A DNA stretch of 64,000 nt from Octopus sinensis (GCF_006345805.1 NC_042998.1:31620001-31684000); one strand, 5' to 3'; positions 14,492-28,190 are shown, counted from the stretch's first letter. Translations and numbers: made by a program. Notes: generated by a model not told the origin, from the letters alone.

Positions 14492-14780
14492 ATTTAAAAT
14501 TAAAATCATCTATGCCTGATCGTCTATGCAGAATACATAGACGATCATACTGACGATCTACAGGTAAATTATGTAAGTAGAATTACGTAATTTGTTGATA
14601 GTGAAACAATTGTTTATGATTAATCTATATTCTTGTTACCTTTCATTTGTCTTGCTCGCTTACATTTCTGGTGTGCTAAATTTTTTCTGGAGAACAATTC
14701 TTAGTGGTTAAGACCATAGCGGATCTTCTTCTAGCGTAAGGGCTTCCAAATAGTGGTAAAAAAATCCCCTCTTATATTTG

Positions 14781-14846
<66 letters not shown>

Positions 14847-14927
14847 ATATATATATATATATATTATATATATATATATATATTTGTGTATTATAAATAG
14901 GAAAAAAAGCAACAAGAATGGATCAAT

Positions 14928-15017
14928 TTTTCGGTACAATTGTTTCGTACGAAGACATCTTTAATAAGGCTACAAAAATTGCAGTAAATATAGGTGACCC
15001 GTACTCATCAGCCGAAA
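14928..15017 (-). ncRNA. Type I hammerhead ribozyme, canonical core, large loop II
   Basis: Reverse complement: UUUCGG-CUGAUGA-GUACG...(~45 nt)...CGUAC-GAAA-CAAUU-GUA-CCGAAA. Stem I 6 bp, stem II 5 bp, palindromic stem III ACAAUUGU, GUA triplet; all conserved core nucleotides present. Confidence 0.8.
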
Positions 15018-16545
15018 GAACATCTGAGATCCCCAAACATCAAAGGGGGTGATGTTACACTCGTGAGGCATCATGGAAAGTTCTATAAAAATGGGATTTA
15101 GATAACAAATTGATTTCAAAAGTTCTTTTAGTATTGCACAGTCATATATAAGGTTAAAAATGTTTTCAAAACCTCTTAGTTTTCTAGAAAGTGAAGATGA
15201 AAGTGGGGATGTGAGTTTATCCATATTGAAGAAAGTTTGATTCTTGGAGATATGATGAGAGGTATCGTACTCACAGAATATGTATTTATCCATATATATT
15301 TGTGTATATATATATAGATATAGTGTGTGTATGCGCGCGCGCGTGAGTGCGTGTGTGTGTGTGTGTATGTATTTATAAATCTATGTATGGGTTGAAAAAC
15401 CTCAGAAGCATAATCAACAAATTCAACGTAATTTACTCCTGGATTAAAAAGATGTAAACTCGAAAAAAAGTCAACACAGTAGGAAGTAAGGAAAACAACG
15501 ATAAATAAACCATAATAAAATGAAAAATACAAGGTGATGGTATACAGTGATCAGAGGAGAAACGCAAAATAGGCAGATATTCGCAACAGATTTCATTCTT
15601 TGATTAAAAGAAACCCTATGTATAATTTAGATGATACAACGGTAAGTTCAGGGACTCATATGGCGGCAGTTACGAGCCTCTGGCCAACATAAGTGCACCA
15701 GTAAACAAAGGAAATTCTACATTGGCGCTTGTCAGGCAAAAATTACACCTAAACCTCCTTAAAATTACAGCCTACCATCTTAAAATATGACACTGGAATG
15801 TGTAGTCCGAGATACAACCTGGAAATAGTACACGACGTCTGAAAAAGGAAGATCTGATAATATGTGAAATGCTTTTGATTATAGTATCTGCTCGTTTAGA
15901 GAGGTCATGAGGTTAAACAACACTTATAAATAATAACATAAAAAACTCCTTCCTAATTCTTAATCTGATTGAATGATATAAACAATGAAAGCTGACTATT
16001 GACAAATTATCTATTCGAAAATTAAAATTATAGATTTGTCGTAACAACAAGGTGGTATTTCCATTGTCTGTATTGCAAAAGGTCGATATATGTTATTATG
16101 CAGTTGAAAGTATTTTCAGTGTGTACTATATAATTATTTTCAATACTGTCTTCGGATGCATTAGTGCATTTGTTATCACCTTGTTTTTTGATCTCAGAAA
16201 TGTTGTGCTATCGCAGCTGCATGCTGTGGTGTGGAAGCGGACGTGTTGCGAGTTGCGCAGTTTAGTTTATTGCTTCTCGCTATCAAATGAGGAAGCTATA
16301 AATAACATATATGCTGTTTTATTGAAGACTTAGTGTATTTGTGGTTCGTTGGTGAATATTGTTTAATGTTGATCAATAGCAGATATTTGGATTGTACAGT
16401 CATGTTCAAGCGTCGGTTGAACCAGATGTTTTTATTTTTCTCCTGTTCTGAGTTTTCAAAAATATATACTAGAAATAATAGCGCCTGAAATGCATAACTT
16501 ATCAAAATGGCATTTTGTTTAAAGCGGACAAATAAAAGATATATC

Positions 16546-16695
16546 ACGTTCTGAGTTCAAATTCCGCCAAGGTCGAGATTGCTTTTTATCCTTTCGGGGT
16601 CGATAGATTAAGAACCAGTTGCGTACTGGAGTCAATCTAATCGACTGGCCCCCTCCCCCAATATTCCCGGCCTTGTGCCTAGAGTAGAAAAGAAT
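16546..16695 (+). mobile_element. 5'-truncated SINE (family A)
   Basis: gagttcaaa B-box, core tcctttcggggtcgat...accagttgcgtactgg, tail ggccttgtgcctagagtagaaaagaa. Confidence 0.85.
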
Positions 16696-17004
16696 AAAGG
16701 ATGTAGCGTTTTTTTTTCTTCTTTCCTGGTAGAGGAATACGAAATTATTTTCCAGTACAGGGACCAAATAAAATCGAGGGTCAGTTGAAAGAATGAGGGA
16801 GTGTTGTATCAATATTGATCTACCAAACTACATAGTCAGTTTCAAGAAAAATATATACCACTCTATCATATAGCAGGTTATGTTAGTACAGCTGTTAAGG
16901 GTGAAACTTAAGCTATAAGTCCCCATTTGTCGCAGAAAAATGAAAGACTGCGTTATTAATAAATGTTATAGAATTTGAAAAATCTCAATATTCAAAACTT
17001 GAAT

Positions 17005-17385
17005 GGAAGCACTCCGTCGGTTACGACGACGAGGGTTCCGGTTGATCCGATCAACGGAACAGCCTGCTCGTGAAATTAACGTGTAAGTGGCTGAGCACTC
17101 CACAGACACGTGTACCCTTAACGTAGTTCTCGGGGATATTCAGCGTGACACAGAGAGTGACAAGGCCGGCCCTTTGAAATACAGGTACAACAGAAACAGG
17201 AAGAAAGAGTGAGAGAAAGTTGTGGTGAAAGAGTACAGTCGGGATCACCACCATCCCTGCCGGAGCCTCGTGGAGCTTTTAGGTGTTTTCGCTCAATAAA
17301 CACTCACAACGCCCGATCTGGGAATCGAAACCGCGATTCTACGACCGCGAATCCGCTGCCCTAACCACTGGGCCATTGCGCCTCC
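17005..17385 (-). mobile_element. Full-length tRNA-derived SINE (family C, tail type i) with 11-bp TSD
   Basis: A/B boxes at the head; TSD aaaacttgaat at 16994-17004 and 17388-17398; near-identical to 34993-35374. Confidence 0.92.
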
Positions 17386-18529
17386 TGAAAACTTGAATAT
17401 CATCTAGGTGTCACTACACTGCAGCAAAATGTAGCACTATCTGCTTTAATTTCTGTAGGTTCAGTGATGATGAAAATAATCTACACGTAACGAAACAAAT
17501 TAAACAAGATAAATAAATAATTAGTCTGCTAATGAAGGCATGATTTTTTTCCCTCTGAGTTAAGTGAACCACTCGGACCACATTAAACAAATTTAAAGAC
17601 CCACAAACTGAAAAGCTCGCACACCACCACACTTTACGCAAGACAACCCCAGAAGTCAATCGTCCCTCCAATCAAGTTTTTACACTGACTGAGACCAGCA
17701 CCCATGCTTAGCAGTCAGCCTCATCCGGGAATATCCAAGGAAGACAATATGAAACTGTGAATAAAGGAGGGCTGAAATCTATATACTAGGTATTTACAAT
17801 ATCTAAGGTTTTGTGTTCCCTTTTAACAGAATAATAATCACACAAATATCTTGTGCGTGTGTTTCTACATGGTAGGTTCATTTTGCGTAGGTGAGTAAAG
17901 ATGTTTGTTATTATATTCTAAAGGTGTTTGTATATGTGTGTGTGTACGTATGTGTGCCTATCTGAGTGTACATATATGTATCTGAGAGAGAGAGGGAGAG
18001 AGAGAGAGAGAGTGAAAGAGAGAGGATATGTGTATGTATGTATTTGGAAAGGAGTTCATATGCACACCTATGTTTGTGGGTCGTGGATATAGTAATTTAT
18101 GTGGTTTGTTTCATACATCGATTATTGTATTTGGTCAAAGTATTATCTTAATATGATGTAAAATACGTTGTTGATAGCATATGCTTAAAGTTTGTCATAT
18201 TTTGCTAGCCTATTGAGAAAGTGTACTTTAAGCTTATGTATCCTATTAAACATGGCTCTCCAGAACAATCAGGAGAGCTTGAGATTCATCAATCTAACTA
18301 CTAATTCAGATATAAACAGTTTCACAATAAAAAATAAAAGAAGAGAGTTTGGTGCTGTATATCTATTTACTTTACAGTAATCCTAGAAACGTATTGATAA
18401 AATTAGTTCATGCAACTGCTCAACCGTGGAATCTGTCGAGTTAAGCTGGAAACGAAATGTTCGGATTTAATATGAACGCACTTTTAGAAGTTGATGGTCA
18501 TTTCGAATCAGTAATCAACAAATTAACAT

Positions 18530-18757
18530 AAGGCATGCTGGGAAGTGCAGTGAAAGCACGTGATAAAAATAAGACTGCTGCATAATAGTAGTAGTAGTAG
18601 TAGTAGTAGTAATAATAATAATAATAATTCGAGGCATTTTGTTTTTCCTCTGAGTTAAGTGAACCACTCGGACCAGATTACACAAATTTAAACACCACAA
18701 AACAATGAAATAATAATAATAGTAACAATGATGATGATGATGATAATAATAATAAGA

Positions 18758-18799
<42 letters not shown>

Positions 18800-18964
18800 G
18801 TTATTATTATCATTATTATTATTATTATTATTATTATTGTTATTATTATCATTATTATTATTATTATTATAACCACAGCACATACCCAAGGCACACATAA
18901 CTGCGCTCGGTAGTGAAGTGAAAGCACGCTATAAAAATAAAACTTCTGAATAATAATAATAATG

Positions 18965-19005
<41 letters not shown>

Positions 19006-19057
19006 GATAATGATAATAATATTAATAATAATAATAATAATAACAATAACGATAATG

Positions 19058-19097
<40 letters not shown>

Positions 19098-19105
19098 TAA
19101 TAATT
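18530..19105. repeat. (TAG/TAA/TGA/TTA)n arrays interleaved with R4/Dong-like LINE 3' tails
   Basis: Tail motif gtgaaagcacg(t/c)(g/t)ataaaaataa at about 18550 and 18920, each followed by (TAR)n; repeat polarity switches TAA to TTA near 18758. Confidence 0.75.
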
Positions 19106-19171
19106 AGTTTAAATGAAAGAAGCTTTGCTGATCATTTCATACGGTTTAGGAAAGGAAGGAGGAAAACATAT

Positions 19172-19356
19172 CTTTTTTCATTTCTTTTACTTGTTTCAGT
19201 CACATGACTGCGGTCATGCTGGAGCACCGTCTTGAAGAATTTTTTGTCGCATGTGTAAAAGTATCTATTTTATTTTACAATTTATTATTTCTTTTGGTAC
19301 TTTATTGTTTTCAGCTTGGTACTTTTATTCGATTTGTCTCTTTTGCCGAACCACCA
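19172..19356 (-). mobile_element. 3' part of SINE family B
   Basis: ttttacttgtttcagtcacatgactgcggtcatgctggagcacc...ctcttttgccgaacc is the reverse complement of the family B tail seen at 29490-29626. Confidence 0.75.
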
Positions 19357-19471
19357 GGTTGATTGTAGACCTGAGCATTGATTGTTGCATTAGGTTGTAA
19401 CAGCTCAAAGAGAATTCCTCCTTTGCAATCCCACCAGATAGAGAGAAGAACCTTTTTCCCATGAAGTTGCC

Positions 19472-19472
<1 letters not shown>
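19357..19472 (-). pseudogene. Mariner transposase internal fragment
   Basis: Minus strand reads WQLHGKKVLLSIWWDCKGGILFELLQPNATINAQVY, matching the mariner K(V/I)LL.(I/V)WWD..G(I/V)...ELL..N.TIN...Y block. Confidence 0.8.
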
Positions 19473-19508
<36 letters not shown>

Positions 19509-20423
19509 GTACACCCACAAACGCACTCACACACACACACATGTATCACATAAAACATATAGCATATGTGCTTTTGTAACACGAATGCATATATTACGCA
19601 ATGATGTAACAAAAGAAATCTGAAAACAGCCGTTGAATCAGAAGACAATGTCGATATTGCGAAATGAGAAATACCAGCAGTCGATAGCTAACATAGATGA
19701 CAGGTAACTATGAGAGGTCACCCACTGTGAAATGCTGTCATAATAAGCGAATATGTGAAGGGGCCACTCCGAAAGAGGATTTAGTGGAAAGCGTAAAAGC
19801 AATGGTTTTAGAAAATGTCAATTTTTGCACTTAACATTTCAACTGCTGCAGGATCTCTTCCAAGATCAAGTCGGCCGGTAAAACTCCGTTAGATTGAAGA
19901 AGTTATAACATCTTCGTACATTGTGTAAAATAATAAATTCATTTGAAAATATGATAAGTGTTTGAGATATACAACAGAAATTCATATACGTAAGTCGCAC
20001 TTTATATACATCTAACGTCAAATCACTTATATATACACGTTATGTTTTTTCCTGTGAACACTTAAACAAAAGTCGTACTTGAATAAGGTTGGAACAGAAA
20101 TAAATTTTTTAACCGCATTAATATTAAAATCGCTTTCTAAATATTTATATTTGCATCGAATTATATACAAATACACATGATGATCTCACCTACGCCCGCA
20201 TTCTCGTACACGATTGCATACTAACACATTGCACACTTACACACCCGCGCATGCGCATTATCTGGTCGATGCTATAAAACCTTATACGTGAGTTTGGGCG
20301 TGTAAGAAACTTTGTTAGAGATTTAAGCGGATGAAAACAAAAATGAATAAGTATATAAAATTATTGGAAGACCTCAAGCATCCCATGGGCGAAACAAATG
20401 CTCGCATTATTGACACGTTAAAT

Positions 20424-20710
20424 TGTGAGTTCAAATTCCGACAATGTCGACTTTACCTTTTATCCTTTCGAGATCGATAAATTAAGTACCAGTTGCGTAC
20501 TGGAGTCGATCTAATCGACTGGGCATCACCCCAAACACTTCGTGCCTTGTGCCTAGAGTAGGATAGATTACTAATACTTTAAATTCTGAGTTCAAATTCC
20601 GACAATGTCGACTTTGCCTTTCACACTCTCGGGGTCGATAAAATAAGTACCAGCTGAGTACTAAGGTCGATGTTATCGACTAACCTTCTCCCCCTGAAGT
20701 TTGAAGTCGT
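20424..20710 (+). mobile_element. Two tandem truncated family A SINE cores
   Basis: gagttcaaattccgacaatgtcgacttt occurs at about 20427 and 20589, each followed by the gtcgataaa..aagtaccag core. Confidence 0.8.
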
Positions 20711-20938
20711 TATTAATAACGTTCAATAAGACAGCGACCTGACAGCGACCTGACAGAATTGTTGTTACACTGCAAAAAATACATTTTGTCTGTATTTACG
20801 TTTTGAGTTCAAGTTTGGCCGACGTTGGCTTTGCTTTTTTAGCCTTTCGCATCAATAAAACAGGTATCAGTTGACCACTGGATCCGATAAAATTGCTTGC
20901 GTTGTGCCACAATTTGAAACCATTATTAATACGGTGAA

Positions 20939-21135
20939 TAAGGCGCCGAGCCGGTAGAATCGTTAACATGCCGGACAAAATGACTCACGGCATTTTATCC
21001 GTCTTTATGTTTAGATTACAAATTCTGCTGAGGTCCTTTCAATAAAATAAGTACCAGTTGAACACTGGGGTAGCTATAATTGACTACACAACTCACCTGA
21101 AATTTCAGGTCTTTTGCCTATAATAGAAAAGATTG
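20939..21135 (+). mobile_element. Degenerate family A SINE
   Basis: Head aaggcgccgagccggtagaatcgttaac, core aataagtaccagttgaacactgggg, tail tgcctataatagaaaagat. Confidence 0.7.
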
Positions 21136-21638
21136 TTAATATCACGTGATTGTTAATATCACGTGATTCCGGAACAAAATAAAACTAAAAACATTTGATC
21201 AAGGGAACTAATTTCTAGTTCATAATCAAATAAGTGAAATCAGCCAATCAAATAAATGTTTAGAATGCAGACTATTATGAGATGCAATAAAAGATGGATA
21301 AAATGAAGTACAGTGAATAATTCAAATACCGTCTAAAAAATAATTAATATCTCTGTGAGTTGTTTGTGAATAGTGTGATGGCTCTGTGGTGGCTGCTACA
21401 GAACTTTACTAAAATGTATAGCGATGAGATAAATTACAAATAATTTGGTTAATTCAATAAATAAATATCGAACAAAAGGGATAATTGAATAATTAAGTAA
21501 ATACATTACGTGAAAAGATAGATACTTGAGTAAATAGTTTGTTGCGTAATTACCAATGCATCATTAATGAAAATTATTCATCAATAAATGGTTGAGAAAG
21601 ATTGACAAATCAAGGCAACAAGCAACAGAATATATAAT

Positions 21639-22420
21639 ATTCTTTTCTACTCTAGGCACAAGGCCCGAAATTTTGTTGGAGTGGGGGCGCAGTCGATTAC
21701 ATCGACCCCAGTACGCAACTAGTATTTTATTTATCGACCCCGAAAGGATGACAGGGAAGTCGACCACGGTGGAATTTGAACTCAGAACGTAAAGACAGAC
21801 GAAATACTGCAGAGCATTTCGTGCGGCGCGCTAACGTTTCTTATTTCTTTATTGCCCACAGGGGGCTAAACATAGAGGGGACAAGCATGGACATACATCA
21901 ACCCCAGTGCGTAACTCGTACTTATTTAATCGACCCCGAAAGGATGAAAGGCAAAGTCGACCTCGGCGGAATTTGAACTCAGAACGTAGCGGCAGACGAA
22001 ATACCTATTTTTTTACTACCAACAAGGGGCTAAACACAGAGAGGACGAACAAGGACAGACAAACGGATTAAGTCGATTATATCGACCCCAGTGCGTAACC
22101 GGTACTTAATTTATCGACTCCGAAAGGATGAAAGGCAAAGTCGACCTCGGCGGAATTTGAACTCAGAACGTAAAGGCAGACGAAATACCTATTTCTTTAC
22201 TACCCACAAGGGCTAAACACCGAGGGGACATACAAGGACAGACAAACGGATTAAGTCGATTATATCGACCCCAGTGCGTAACTGGTTCTTAATATATCGA
22301 CTCCGAAAGGATGAAAGGCAAAGTCGACCTCGGTGGAATTTGAACTCAGAACGTAAGGACAGACGAAACACCGCTAAGCATTTCGCCCGGCGCGCTACCG
22401 TTTTTGCCGGCTCGCCGCTT
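21639..22420 (-). mobile_element. Head-to-tail tetramer of family A SINE cores
   Basis: Four copies of atcgac(c/t)ccgaaaggatga...gtcgacc(t/a)cgg(c/t)ggaatttgaactcagaacgta; one tRNA-like head at the 22420 end. Confidence 0.92.
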
Positions 22421-23094
22421 TATGGAATATATAATATTGAAAGAACAAAGCAACACGGAATGGAACGAGCGTGGTGGAGCTCAGGGAGTTAACATGCTGC
22501 AGCTAAATAAATTTTCTTTTCCACGTGTAGCGACCTCCATATATAACTCCCGCAGTTGATAAATGCACTCACTACCTCTATTTGTCTTACTCAATTACTT
22601 CCACCATTTCCTTATTGTATTATTAGCTATCTTATTTCATTTCAACTTATCCCATATTATTCTATAATGTAATTAATTAATTTGTTTTACACGTCACATC
22701 CAGTTATCAGTCTTTTATGGTAATCTGGGAATCACAATTCTTACTCAATGTTGAGAAGTTTCGTTTCCTTAATCATATTGTTTGCGAGTTATTAAGATGA
22801 TAACTTGCTTAGCCAATGAGATGTGGGTGTGATCTGATGTTGCTGCTGTCAGTCGAAATGTCACAATGATCTTACAACATATTTTTCTGAAACATCCATT
22901 CATAGCAACCCCCTCCAACCACAGCTACTACATATTTTCGTTGACACTATTTGCGTTATTCACAAAAAAAAGAAAAAAAAAAAAGATTTTCACTAAATAA
23001 ATCTTATACTCTATGACATATAATACACATTTTTACTTAATTTCCCCTTCAATACAAACGTGAATAAATGCATATACATATGTATGTAGGTATG

Positions 23095-23125
<31 letters not shown>

Positions 23126-23127
23126 GA

Positions 23128-23176
<49 letters not shown>

Positions 23177-23704
23177 GTAGAAATATGTTACGAAAAGAAA
23201 AAATAAAATTCACGTGGAAATGTAAGGGTAAAGTATGAAAAATCAACGAAAATGCATATTGCAGATAGAAAAAGGCTATTTATGACAGTTAGTGACAAAT
23301 ATATACATTTAGATTGACTGAGGTAGTAATACGAGTCATAAAGGTCATTATTATGAGATGATTATAAGATGTTAATAATAATAAAGTAAGAGAACAAAAC
23401 GAACCAATATATATATACTGCTGCCACCATTCCATTGGAACACAAGGACGGTTCCTTTTGATACCAGCAAGAAAGAATAATGAACTTCTTTACTACACGC
23501 AACTATAATATAGCGATTATACCAACTACCGACAAAACACCACCACATGGATTCTATTGAGACTAGTAAGAAACACTATGAACTTTTCTATTGCACTTTT
23601 TATAATATTTTTGATAAGGTTCGTTTTTTCAAGAACCAAAACATGTAAAATTCATAAGAAAATTAAAATTTATCTAATATAGTGGCGTTTTCAAACTTCT
23701 TTTT

Positions 23705-23773
<69 letters not shown>

Positions 23774-23884
23774 AAATATAAATATAAATATAAATATATA
23801 TATAAATAGCTACAGTCTCTTGAAAATAGCAGTAATGTGATTAATGTGGCAAATACCTAATCATATAGCAAGAATTGATACCTA

Positions 23885-24160
23885 CCTCATTGTGTTCAAC
23901 CATTGATAAATTTATCGTCTGTGAATATGAAATTCCTCTTCATTTCTCTGGAAATTTACATCTACACCATTGGAAATTGTGCATCTATACAAAGGATTAA
24001 TTCACCCTCTCTGTAATGCTAATAAATAGGAATTGAGACCCACCTCGTTGTGATTAGCCATGGATAAATTTGTCGTCTGTGAGTATGTAATCCCTCCTCA
24101 TATCTCTGGAAATTCATATGTACACTATGGATTAGGTCACCTTCTCTGTGATGCTATTAA
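23885..24160. repeat. Diverged tandem duplication, period about 158 bp
   Basis: cctcattgtg...gataaatttatcgtctgtgaatatg...ctggaaatt at 23885 recurs as cctcgttgtg...gataaatttgtcgtctgtgagtatg...ctggaaatt at 24043. Confidence 0.8.
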
Positions 24161-24560
24161 AACTTTTTTAAAAATCTGTGATAAGACTGTACATCATCTT
24201 TAAAGAACTTTAATGAAATTTGGAAATCTGTTTATGTTACTTAATTATCTACATTACTTCATGAGTATAGCCTCAACCACTAAGATGTCTAGAGAACTCA
24301 CATGTATTTTAGCTGATGAGTACGGGGCACGTTTATATGCTGCAATTTTTGCAACTTTTAATAAAGCCTGTCTTTGTATGAAACGATTGTACTAAAAACT
24401 TATCCATTCTTGTTGCTTCTTTCTCGCTTATAATCACCCCACATTACTGTATTGTTAAAACCGTATAGTTTTTTGGTGCATCTAAGTTAGGTACCATATT
24501 CAAGTAAATTCATTAAAATTGACTTGAATCTTTATTGCTTTTTGAATATATATATATATA

Positions 24561-24998
24561 TTAATTTAGAAATCGTAGGCCCCTTCATCTCACCGTATAA
24601 AAATAATTTTTATTTTAAATACCTACTCTTTTATAACATGGCTACTCGTGTTTCATGAGGTACATACGCCGGTTCCTAAATTCCTCCGTGCTTTTCTGGA
24701 ACCCTTCTTAAAAAGAAACCTCGATCATCAGGCCTTTATATCACTTAATCATCGCTCAATACTGTAAACTATATTCTAATTTTTAAAATTTACAGTATTG
24801 AACGATGATTAAGTGATATAAGGGCCTGATGATTGGGGTTACATTTTAAGAAGGGTTCCAGCAAAACATGGAGGTGTTTAAGGAACCCGCGTATGTACCT
24901 CATGAAACACGTGTAGCCAAGTTATAAAAGAGTAGGTATTTAGAATAATAATTCTTTTTTATATGGTGAGATGAAGGGGCCTACGATTTCTAAATTAA
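24561..24998. mobile_element. Foldback (MITE-like) palindrome, ~208-bp arms, ~20-nt loop
   Basis: ttaatttagaaatcgtaggcccc at the left end is the reverse complement of ggggcctacgatttctaaattaa at the right end; imperfect complementarity continues to the centre (24768/24789). Confidence 0.8.
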
Positions 24999-25077
24999 AA
25001 TATATATTTCTTCATTGAGAATGTTAGGGAATGTTTATTCCCTAACAATTAAAATTTATATATATATATATATATAC

Positions 25078-25135
<58 letters not shown>

Positions 25136-25631
25136 TACACATACACATATTGTGTGTATGTGTATAAATAAACACAAAGAGACGCACGCCAAGCACCTAT
25201 ATGCGTCAACGTTGGTATTTTTGTTATGAAAATTCGTCACTGTTTCTCAATAAATCTTTACGAAATATCGACGCCATATTCAAGAGGCAAAGTGGCACAA
25301 TGCAAGGGCGTAAAACTCTGGAGCTGAAGTCGGAGATTCTGTCGTAGTAAAACGGAGATGAGGGAAGAAAAGAAATGTAGAGAGAATGAAAGCTGAAATG
25401 CAGTTGCAGTTGACTACGCGTATTTGTGCGAGATTCCGAAAAATTGTCAATTCCTCTCGTCTAATTCTGTCTTAATCGCTACTACAGTCTTTTTCATATC
25501 CTTTCTATCTCTCTCTCTCTCCTTCATGCACAATGTTTTCAAGGCATCTCTCATAATATATACACAAACACAAACAAACACATATATGGACAAACACACA
25601 CACACACACATATATATACATCATCACGTCA

Positions 25632-25940
25632 TCACGTGACCGACCAGTTCATCAGATGTAGTTACACATCGCTGGTCACAATGCGTTCGCATTGTTTTAG
25701 CCTTCGAACAACGCCACCCCGCTGGCTAAGCGAGCAGGCCAACAGAAGAAAGAGTGGGAGAAAGAGTGGTGAAAGAGTACAGCAGGGATCACTACCCGCT
25801 GCCGGAGCCTCGTGGAGCTTTTTAGGTGTTTTCGCTCAATAAACACTCACAACGCCCGGTCTGGGAATCGAAACCGCGATCCTACGACCGCGATCCTACG
25901 ACCGCGAGTCCGCTGACCTAACCACTAGGCCATTGCGCCT

Positions 25941-25942
<2 letters not shown>
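25632..25942 (-). mobile_element. tRNA-derived SINE (family C head, tail type ii)
   Basis: Same head as 17005-17385, with an internal duplication of gaccgcgatcctac; different 3' half. Confidence 0.85.
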
Positions 25943-25979
<37 letters not shown>

Positions 25980-26293
25980 TATATATATATATATTTATGT
26001 ATATATCTCTCCAGTAGATATTCCCTAATAGGCATACTTTAACACACCTATACACGATCCACAACGTGGTGCACAAGAATACTAAAGAAATAATTTATAT
26101 TGTCATGGAGTAAGTTTCGACCAAGAATACTATGCAAAAATTGTCCCAGATGGATCCACATAAAAAGTCCCAGTTGAAAAAAATCATGTTCTCAAAAATT
26201 TAGTACGTGGGAAGACGCATTAAAATGTATACATTTATTGATTCACAATCAAATTTCTATGCCTATAATGCACATGTGTTATATACACTATAT

Positions 26294-26677
26294 AACGCGG
26301 AGAGCAGGCAGAAACGTTTGCACGCCCTGACAAAATGCTTAGCGGTGTTTCGTCTGTCTTTACGCTCTGAGTTCAAATTCCACCGAGGTCGACTTTGCCT
26401 TTCATCCTTTCGAGGTCGATTAAATAAGTACCAGTTACGCACTGGTGTCGATATATTCGACTTAATCCGTTTGTATGTCCTTGTTTGTTCTCTCTGTGTT
26501 TAGCCCCTTGTGGGTAGTAAAGACATAGGTATTTCGTCTGCCGCTGCGTTCTGAGTTCAAATTCCACCGAGATCGACTATCCCTTTCATCCTTTCGGCGT
26601 CGATAAATTAAATTCAATCTAATCGACTGGCCAACGCCCCCAAATTTTCGGGCTTCGTGCCTAGAGTATAAAAGGTT
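26294..26677 (+). mobile_element. Family A SINE dimer
   Basis: Head, core, tail ...gtgggtagtaaagacataggtatttcgtctgcc, second core, tail gtgcctagagtataaaagg. Confidence 0.88.
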
Positions 26678-27123
26678 ATATACACTGTTAATTTTACAAA
26701 TATAACATATTCAAAAATAAAAAAAAAAACAACCAAACAAACAGTCAAATTTATTGAGTATTGAATCTAAATATTTTAAAGTTATACAAAATTAAAAAGT
26801 GAATTATTGAAAGAATAATTTATTTTCAGTGTATCATGGTATTTGAAATCGTTTATTCCCTTTTGGAAGATATGACATTTAAATGTGGAATTTCGATGAC
26901 GAGAACTTTATATATTTATATTTTTCATTTTCTCTTTCACTTTCTCAGTAAATGTCACTTTTTTCTTTCTCTCGCCGAACCACATATACTCTCAACACAC
27001 ACACACGCTCACTCACGCACACACACTGGCACACATATATGTATATGTACGCTATATGTGGGTTAAGAAGGCTGCCAATGGTTTTCTCATGCCACATGAG
27101 AACGTTGGTACCTGTCGCCATTG

Positions 27124-27550
27124 AAGGCAGCGAGCTGGCAGAAACGGTAGCACGCCAGGCGAAATGCTTAGCGGTATTTCGTCTATCGTTACGTTGTGAG
27201 TTCAAATTCCGCCGAGGTCGACTTTGCCTTTCATCCTTTCGGGGTCGATAAATTAAGTACCAGTTGCGTACTGGGGTCGATGTAATCGACTTAATACCTA
27301 TGTCTGTCCTTGTTTGTCCCTTCTGTGTTTAGCCCCTTGTGGGTAATAAAGAAATAGAAATAGGTATTTCCTCTGTCGTTACGTTGTGAGTTCAAATTCC
27401 GCCGAGGTCGACTTTGCCTTTCATCCTTTCGGGGTCGATAATTTAAGTACCAGTTGCGTACTGGGGTCGATGTAATCGACTTAATACCTATGTCTGTCCT
27501 TGTTTGTCCCCTCTATGTTTAGCCCATTGTGGGTAATAAAGAAATAGGTA
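27124..27550 (+). mobile_element. Family A SINE dimer
   Basis: Head aaggcagcgagctggcagaaacggtagcacgcc; two near-identical core+tail units. Confidence 0.9.
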
Positions 27551-27666
27551 CTTGTCGCCGTTTTCGATGAGTAAAATACACAAGGCATACGCGATTTCGA
27601 AATAGGATTAATCAATGCATGGTGAACGCTGGTCCTTGCAAAAATTTCAGGATAATATTTTCTACT

Positions 27667-27820
27667 CTTTTCTACTCTAAGCACAAGACCGAAATTTTGG
27701 GGGAGGGGTCAGTCGATTAGATCGACCTCAATACGCAACTGGTACTTAATTTATCGACCCCGAAAGGATGAAAGGCAAAGTCGACCTCGGCGGAATTTGA
27801 ACTCACAACGTAACGGCAGG
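27667..27820 (-). mobile_element. Truncated family A SINE
   Basis: ttttctactctaagcacaag...atcgaccccgaaaggatgaaaggcaaagtcgacc. Confidence 0.85.
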
Positions 27821-28190
27821 ATAAAGCACATTTACTTATAAGTTACCTCGCATGATTTGTATATTTATCTATTCTGATATTCTGTACCGTCTAGTGTAAT
27901 GTTGTTTATCCTCACTCCAAATGGAAACCAGGAGCAAGATCCCTTTGTGACAGGTTTTAAAATTGTAAAGGATCCCTACTTACATGAAACCATTGTTCGA
28001 CTTATTAACCCATTGATAAAGAATATTTATCCATAAATGCGGAGTTGAACACTGCTCTTTACTGTTTAGTATTAGTATGCACAGACCACCTTTGTTTTGG
28101 AAGTCACTTGACCCTGTTATCTCCCCTGCTATCACTCTAGCGTCTAACGGATTACCTCTGACCTCTGACCTCTGCCTGAAGTCAGAACGC

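Noticed and set aside
21650-22420. Regularly spaced near-identical repeats suggestive of a CRISPR array
   Set aside because: Units are ~180-bp SINE core+tail multimers, the intervening sequences are themselves homologous, and the context is eukaryotic with no cas genes.
24200-24520. Possible decayed Penelope or LINE RT thumb region (SFHTKTGFIKS...GYTHEV on the minus strand)
   Set aside because: Many stops, and the similarity is too weak to assign without an alignment.
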